The notes under the pieces were generated by a model. It was not told the origin of the DNA and ran no database searches. It worked only from the letters and a program-made list of their open reading frames with translations. DNA of 64,000 nt from assembly GCA_035549255.1 (NCBI GenBank), contig DASZRD010000004.1, positions 72,667 to 136,666 of the forward strand, in the 5' to 3' direction. A program made the translations under genes and the position numbers. The DNA comes from Minisyncoccota bacterium (GTDB lineage: Bacteria; Patescibacteriota; Minisyncoccia; Phycocordibacterales; SBAW01). Every line of letters begins with the position of its first letter. The first letter of the stretch is position 1. Shown here in pieces: positions 59,600-64,000 of the stretch.

Positions 59600-60967
59600 C
59601 TAGAAATCGATCGCGATGCTCTCCCCTGCCTGCGGCGCGACCGCTTTGAGGCTCAAATAGTCTCGGATGCGCTGTACCAGAAAGGCCGATGATGCCGGCT
59701 CGCCCATCACAACGAATACTTCTTTTATTGACGGGGCCGCCTTGTTAACAAATTCGAGCAGCTGCTCGCCGTCCATGTGCGCTGAGTAACCGTAATTGGC
59801 CTCGATATGGCAATGCACCTGGACTTCTTGCCCCATAACCCGCACTTCGCGGTCGCCCTCGATCAATCGGCGGCCGAGGCTCCCCGCCGCCTGGTAGCCG
59901 ACGATGAGCACTGTCGACTTCTCGTCCGGCAAAACCCGCTGATGATAAGTATGCACGCGGCCGCCGTTGCTCATGCCCGAGCCCGCGAGCACGATCTTGG
60001 GGCCGGGGAGCGCGGCGACCTTCGAGGACTCCTGCGGGTCCTCGACAAAACGCAGCTCAGGGAACGAGAAGATATGCTCGCCCGCCTCGATGCGCGAACG
60101 CACGGGTTCGGCAAAATACTGCGGATATTTGAGATACGCTTCGGTTATCTTGGATGCCAGCGGTGAGTCGACATAGACCGGCATCGAGGGCACGCGTTTC
60201 TCTATCATGAGGTCGCGGATCTCGAAGAGGAGGTCTTGTGTGCGCTCGGTCGAGAACGCGGGGATAAGCAGAGTACCGTCGCGCGCAGCCGTATCTTCTA
60301 TTGTATCCTCGAGCATCTCGCGGCGATTAGCGTCGTTGCCCCGTACGCGGTCGCCATAGACGCTCTCCATCACCAAGTACTGGACTCCGGCAATCGGGTC
60401 TGTCGGCGACAAGAGCGGCGAGTTGCCGCCGCCCAAGTCGCCGGTAAAGATGATCTCCTTCCCTTCCCTCGTAAACTTAGCCATCGCCGAGCCGAGGATG
60501 TGACCGGAGTTAAGAAGCTCAAGCGTGACGCCGCCACCCATATCCTGCGGCATATGATAGGTGACGCCCTCCCACAGCGTCATCGCATGCGCGACATCCT
60601 CCGTAGTATAGAGCAGTTCTTTGCCGTGCTTGCGCGCGTCGTGCGCCAGAAGCTCCATACTGTCTAAAAGCAGCGGCTCCGCCAGAGCTTTGGTCGCCTC
60701 GGTCGAAATGATGCGGCCTCTGAAGCCCTCGCGCACAAGCTTGGGGATGCGGCCGATATGGTCGATATGCGCATGCGTGACGACGAGCGCGGGAATGCTC
60801 GCAGGGTCGTAGGGGAACTTCTGCCAATTAACGTCCTCGGCGGTATGCCTTCCCTGGGTAAGCCCGCAATCAATCAGTATTTTGATAGTATCGGCATCAA
60901 GCAGGAAATTGGAACCCGTAACGATACCCGCTCCTCCATGAAAATAAATTTTTGAGCTATCAGCCAT
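59600..60967 (-). CDS. MBL-fold/beta-CASP ribonuclease
   Basis: VTGSNFL, THAHIDHIG, GHILGSA, FTGDLG, MESVYG, AGSGMSNGGR, YSAHMD. Confidence 0.92.
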   Translation of the reverse strand: MADSSKIYFHGGAGIVTGSNFLLDADTIKILIDCGLTQGRHTAEDVNWQKFPYDPASIPALVVTHAHIDHIGRIPKLVREGFRGRIISTEATKALAEPLLLDSMELLAHDARKHGKELLYTTEDVAHAMTLWEGVTYHMPQDMGGGVTLELLNSGHILGSAMAKFTREGKEIIFTGDLGGGNSPLLSPTDPIAGVQYLVMESVYGDRVRGNDANRREMLEDTIEDTAARDGTLLIPAFSTERTQDLLFEIRDLMIEKRVPSMPVYVDSPLASKITEAYLKYPQYFAEPVRSRIEAGEHIFSFPELRFVEDPQESSKVAALPGPKIVLAGSGMSNGGRVHTYHQRVLPDEKSTVLIVGYQAAGSLGRRLIEGDREVRVMGQEVQVHCHIEANYGYSAHMDGEQLLEFVNKAAPSIKEVFVVMGEPASSAFLVQRIRDYLSLKAVAPQAGESIAIDF

Positions 60968-61349
60968 GATAATCGCGTTTCCGGTATACGAACCAGTATA
61001 AGGCAACTGCTGGCAGCGTGCCTACACATGCATTAAAGAGGTCTTTCGTCGTGTCGAGCCAGTAGCCGGGCTCTCCGCGCGTGATGCCGCTTGAATATTC
61101 GAACAATTCCCAGAAGGTGCCGACCCCAAGCGCCAGGAAAAATGCAAGCAGGAACATCTCGCCGAGCGTGAATTTATATTTTGCCGCCACTCCCCCCGCC
61201 CACGAGCCGATCGCCATGCCGGCAAGGAGATGCAAAGGGATGTCATACCACGGATAACGCCAGAACAGGCTGTTGGCAATCACGAACCAATAGAGGCCGC
61301 CGGTCGCCGCGGCGAACAGGAGCGCGAGGAAATTGAAAACGTGTCTCAT
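60960..61349 (-). CDS. membrane protein (DUF2238/VanZ-like)
   Basis: WYDIPLHLLAG, VGTFWELFEY, DTTKDL..ACVG. Confidence 0.8.
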   Translation of the reverse strand: MRHVFNFLALLFAAATGGLYWFVIANSLFWRYPWYDIPLHLLAGMAIGSWAGGVAAKYKFTLGEMFLLAFFLALGVGTFWELFEYSSGITRGEPGYWLDTTKDLFNACVGTLPAVALYWFVYRKRDYHG

Positions 61350-61419
61350 TATAAAAACAGGCGATCCTTCACGCAAAACGCCCGCTCCGGCCGCAACAGG
61401 CCGACGGACGTTCTGTGTC

Positions 61420-61536
61420 GGACTCCGGAAGTAAGTGTCTACTTTTGTGCAAAGTGGGTGTTCTAAGCGGTACACCACGGTGCCCCGCCACGCGAACTCC
61501 CTGTAGATCACTTAAGGACATTTACCTCCGCAGTCC
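61420..61536 (-). ncRNA. ssrS: putative 6S RNA (short form)
   Basis: Closing stem GGACTGCGGAGGTAAATGTC/GACACTTACTTCCGGAGTCC, central bubble, inner stems GGGAGTTC/GAACACCC and GCGG-GGCACC/GGTGTA-CCGC. TGcTATACT promoter immediately upstream. Confidence 0.6.
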
Positions 61537-61562
61537 TTCCCCAGTATAGCACACAGACCCTT

Positions 61563-62147
61563 TTACTCGTCGACGCCGAAGCGCTTGTATTTGAAAATCG
61601 ATGATTTGCCGAACCAGTGGTTGATTTCGTGCTTGGCCTCCTCCGGCGTCTCACTTGCGTGTATGAGGTTGTAGACCGCGCGGCGCTCCATATTGGCCGA
61701 TATCGCCGAATCCGCGGAGAAGTCGCCGCGGATCGTGCCCATCTCGGCGAGGTACGGCATCGTGGGGCCGACGATCTTGCGGACCATGTCGACCGCGTGC
61801 ACGCCCTGGACGACCATCTTGATCATCGGCGCCGACGACATGAAGTCGAGGAGCCATCCACGCACGGTGCGGCCCACGCGCACCAAGTCGGAAGTGCCGA
61901 AGTCGCGCTTCACGTCGTGGCCGTACTTGGCGTAGGTCGCCATGGTCTTCTCGCCCAGGCGGCGGATCCACGCCTCGTCTTTGGGGTAATGGTTGTCCAT
62001 GTCTTTGCGAGTCGCATGGAACATCTCGAGCGCCACGACCTTGAGGTCGCGCTGCTCGAAGCGCTTGATGATCTCGCCGACAAGGCCCTTGCGCACGCCG
62101 TCGGGCTTGATGAGGATAAACGTCTTCTCCTCCTTCGGGTTTTGCAT
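61563..62147 (-). CDS. ndk: nucleoside diphosphate kinase
   Basis: EKTFILIKPDGV, GTIRGDFS, NLIHASE. Confidence 0.95.
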   Translation of the reverse strand: MQNPKEEKTFILIKPDGVRKGLVGEIIKRFEQRDLKVVALEMFHATRKDMDNHYPKDEAWIRRLGEKTMATYAKYGHDVKRDFGTSDLVRVGRTVRGWLLDFMSSAPMIKMVVQGVHAVDMVRKIVGPTMPYLAEMGTIRGDFSADSAISANMERRAVYNLIHASETPEEAKHEINHWFGKSSIFKYKRFGVDE

Positions 62148-62176
62148 GCCCGCACTGTACAATATCCCGCGGTTTT

Positions 62177-62941
62177 CTACAACTGCGTCAAAATTTCGGG
62201 ACCCTCTTTGGTGATGAGGACCGTATGTTCAAAATGCGCTGCTCTAGAGCCATCTTTGGTCGTGTAGGTGAAGCCATCGCCCTTATCAATAAGATCGCCT
62301 TTGCCTTCGGCAAAAATAGGCTCAATCGCGATCACTAACCCTTCGACCAATTCAGCGCCCTCCCCCGCTTTGCCGAAGTTGGGCACGTCGGGGGCTTCGT
62401 GCACGGCGCGGCCGACTCCATGGCCCTGGAGGTCCTTCACGACGGCGAGCTTGTACTGGCGCGCAATCGCGGAGGCGACAGCGCCGATATCACCTGTATA
62501 CGCGCCAAACTTCGCGGAGGCAATAGCCGCATCCAGCGCCACGCGCGTACCAGCAATCAGATTCTCGCCTTTTTTGTCGGTGCCTCCTACCGCAACGGTG
62601 TAAGCAGTATCCATATACATGCCTTGATAGATAAGGCCAAAATCGATCGAGACAATATCACCTTCACGTAAAATTTTATCGGGTGCGGGCGGGCTGTGCG
62701 CAATATCTTCATTGATAGACACGCATAGCGCGGCGGGATATGCCACTTTGTCACCTTTATTTTTGTAGCCGAGATACGCCGGAGCAGCATCCTGGCGCTT
62801 AGTCTCCGCGCGAGCGACATCCTCGAGCTCCATCGAAGAGACGCCCGGCGCCACGCGCGCAAGCACGGCTTCCACGACCTTGGCCATGCGCTTCCCTGCT
62901 TCGCGCAGGGCCTCTATTTCTTTTTCGTTTTTCGCTATCAT
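62177..62941 (-). CDS. map: methionine aminopeptidase type I
   Basis: LCVSINEDIAH, DIVSIDFG, DTAYT, GHGVG.AVHE, IAIEP, AAHFEHT. Confidence 0.96.
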   Translation of the reverse strand: MIAKNEKEIEALREAGKRMAKVVEAVLARVAPGVSSMELEDVARAETKRQDAAPAYLGYKNKGDKVAYPAALCVSINEDIAHSPPAPDKILREGDIVSIDFGLIYQGMYMDTAYTVAVGGTDKKGENLIAGTRVALDAAIASAKFGAYTGDIGAVASAIARQYKLAVVKDLQGHGVGRAVHEAPDVPNFGKAGEGAELVEGLVIAIEPIFAEGKGDLIDKGDGFTYTTKDGSRAAHFEHTVLITKEGPEILTQL

Positions 62942-63531
62942 GCCAAACCAAGCGCCTTGTCCACATCAGCATGTACCTCCTCGATACTGCGCTCGCCATT
63001 AATTTCGGCAACACGGTAAGCAGCATTCCCGCGGAACCACGCGAGAATGGGCTCCATATGCTCGCGCGTCCAGGCAAGGCGCGCGCGGATGCCCTCCTCG
63101 GTGTCGTCCGCACGGCCGCGCTTGAGGAGGCGCCTAACCGCTTCTTCGTCAGAAATGTTTATGTAGACTACGACCGGCTGCTCGCGCTTATAAAATCGGA
63201 GTGCAGAGTCGAGAATGGGAACCTGGTCCTCGGTACGGGGGAAACCGTCGATGAGCAGGTGCTCGTTCCCTTTCATCTCCCGCATGAGCTGGTCGGCAAA
63301 CACATGCACGCTCAAGAAGGTTGGCAAGAGGCCGCCCTTATCGATTATTGAGCGATTAAGGTCGGCAGTGTAGCTCTTCTCCTCGACAAACGCGCGCAGT
63401 TGCTTGCCGGCCGAGAAGTAGAGCACTTGGCGCGACGGATCGTTCTTCTGAAGATGCGCTTCAAGCAGCTCGGCATGCGTGCCCTTGCCGCATCCCTGCG
63501 GGCCTAAAAAGATTGCCGTAAGCGGTTCCAT
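62938..63531 (-). CDS. adk: adenylate kinase (short LID type)
   Basis: FLGPQGCGKGT, LIDGFPRT, RGRADD, ING.RSIEEV. Upstream of map. Confidence 0.9.
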   Translation of the reverse strand: MEPLTAIFLGPQGCGKGTHAELLEAHLQKNDPSRQVLYFSAGKQLRAFVEEKSYTADLNRSIIDKGGLLPTFLSVHVFADQLMREMKGNEHLLIDGFPRTEDQVPILDSALRFYKREQPVVVYINISDEEAVRRLLKRGRADDTEEGIRARLAWTREHMEPILAWFRGNAAYRVAEINGERSIEEVHADVDKALGLA

Positions 63532-63543
63532 AGCGCCATCCTA

Positions 63544-64000
63544 TCACGCGGCGAGCTCCCGTATAGTGTGCACAAAATCCCGCTTGGCCTGCTCGAGGTT
63601 GCCGTCGAAATTCTCAATCACGCGGGTCGCCTGCGGCTTAAACGCAGTCTCGTCCTCATAGCGCTTCCGGCGCGCGAGAATCTCCACATCGCTGATGGGC
63701 GCGCGGGAGCGAATACGCTGCTCGAGCGTCTCCCACGAGCCCGCATCGATGAATATCATGCGCAATACTGCGGACGGAATGATTGCCGCAATCTGCCGCG
63801 CGCCCTGGACCTCGACTTCGCGCACGACCAACTTCCCTTCTTCAAGCGGCGGCAGGACTTCGCCCTTGAGCACGCCGTAATAATTGCCGCCGTAGGATGC
63901 CCATTCGAGGAATTCTCCCGCAGCCTCGCGGCGCTCAAACTCCTCTTTGCTTACGAAAAAATACTTCTCCCCTTCTGCTTCGCCCGGGCGAGGCGCTCGC
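63544..64000 (-). CDS. gmk: guanylate kinase, 5' end outside the window
   Basis: Hand translation: RAPRPGEAEGEKYFFVSKEEF..GEFLEWASYGGNYYG..EVEVQGARQI. Confidence 0.93.
   Translation of the reverse strand, partial: RAPRPGEAEGEKYFFVSKEEFERREAAGEFLEWASYGGNYYGVLKGEVLPPLEEGKLVVREVEVQGARQIAAIIPSAVLRMIFIDAGSWETLEQRIRSRAPISDVEILARRKRYEDETAFKPQATRVIENFDGNLEQAKRDFVHTIRELAA

Noticed and set aside
61380-61545. 5S rRNA or SRP RNA interpretation of the structured intergenic region
   Set aside because: Lacks the 5S CCGAAC/GATGGTA-type motifs and the SRP GGAA-loop/AGCAG motif. The rod-with-bubble shape fits 6S better.

Overview
Chromosomal window from a small-genome bacterium. The gene style strongly suggests Patescibacteria/CPR (Parcubacteria-like): a type IV pilus cluster with no secretin, a shortened RF2, DUF5652/DUF5666/DUF5667-type proteins and leaderless genes. 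Genetic code 11 fits. Core content: pyrG, ftsEX, prfB, a DEAD-box helicase, gatCA, ligA, pilMNO/pilB/pilT/pilC with pilins, pilD and comF, a PIF1-like helicase, recG, pyrB, ftsH, smpB with tmRNA, infC-rpmI-rplT, ndk, map, adk, gmk and eight tRNAs. Most notable: (1) an AT-rich HigB/HigA-like toxin-antitoxin operon whose third gene is not SecB-like, a possible new TAC-like system; (2) a tandem pair of secreted lipase-fold proteins, one intact and one catalytically dead with a TadG-like adhesin domain, followed by a possible immunity gene; (3) palindromic elements inserted in frame in recG and the PIF1 helicase; (4) a structured tRNA-Ser leader that duplicates the tRNA 5' strand; (5) a miniature 6S-like RNA; (6) tRNA-Ile(UAU); (7) a membrane-anchored, sensor-fused trehalose-6-P synthase near an EcfG-like sigma factor and an orphan ParB-like protein. 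All family calls come from motif recognition by eye, not from database searches.
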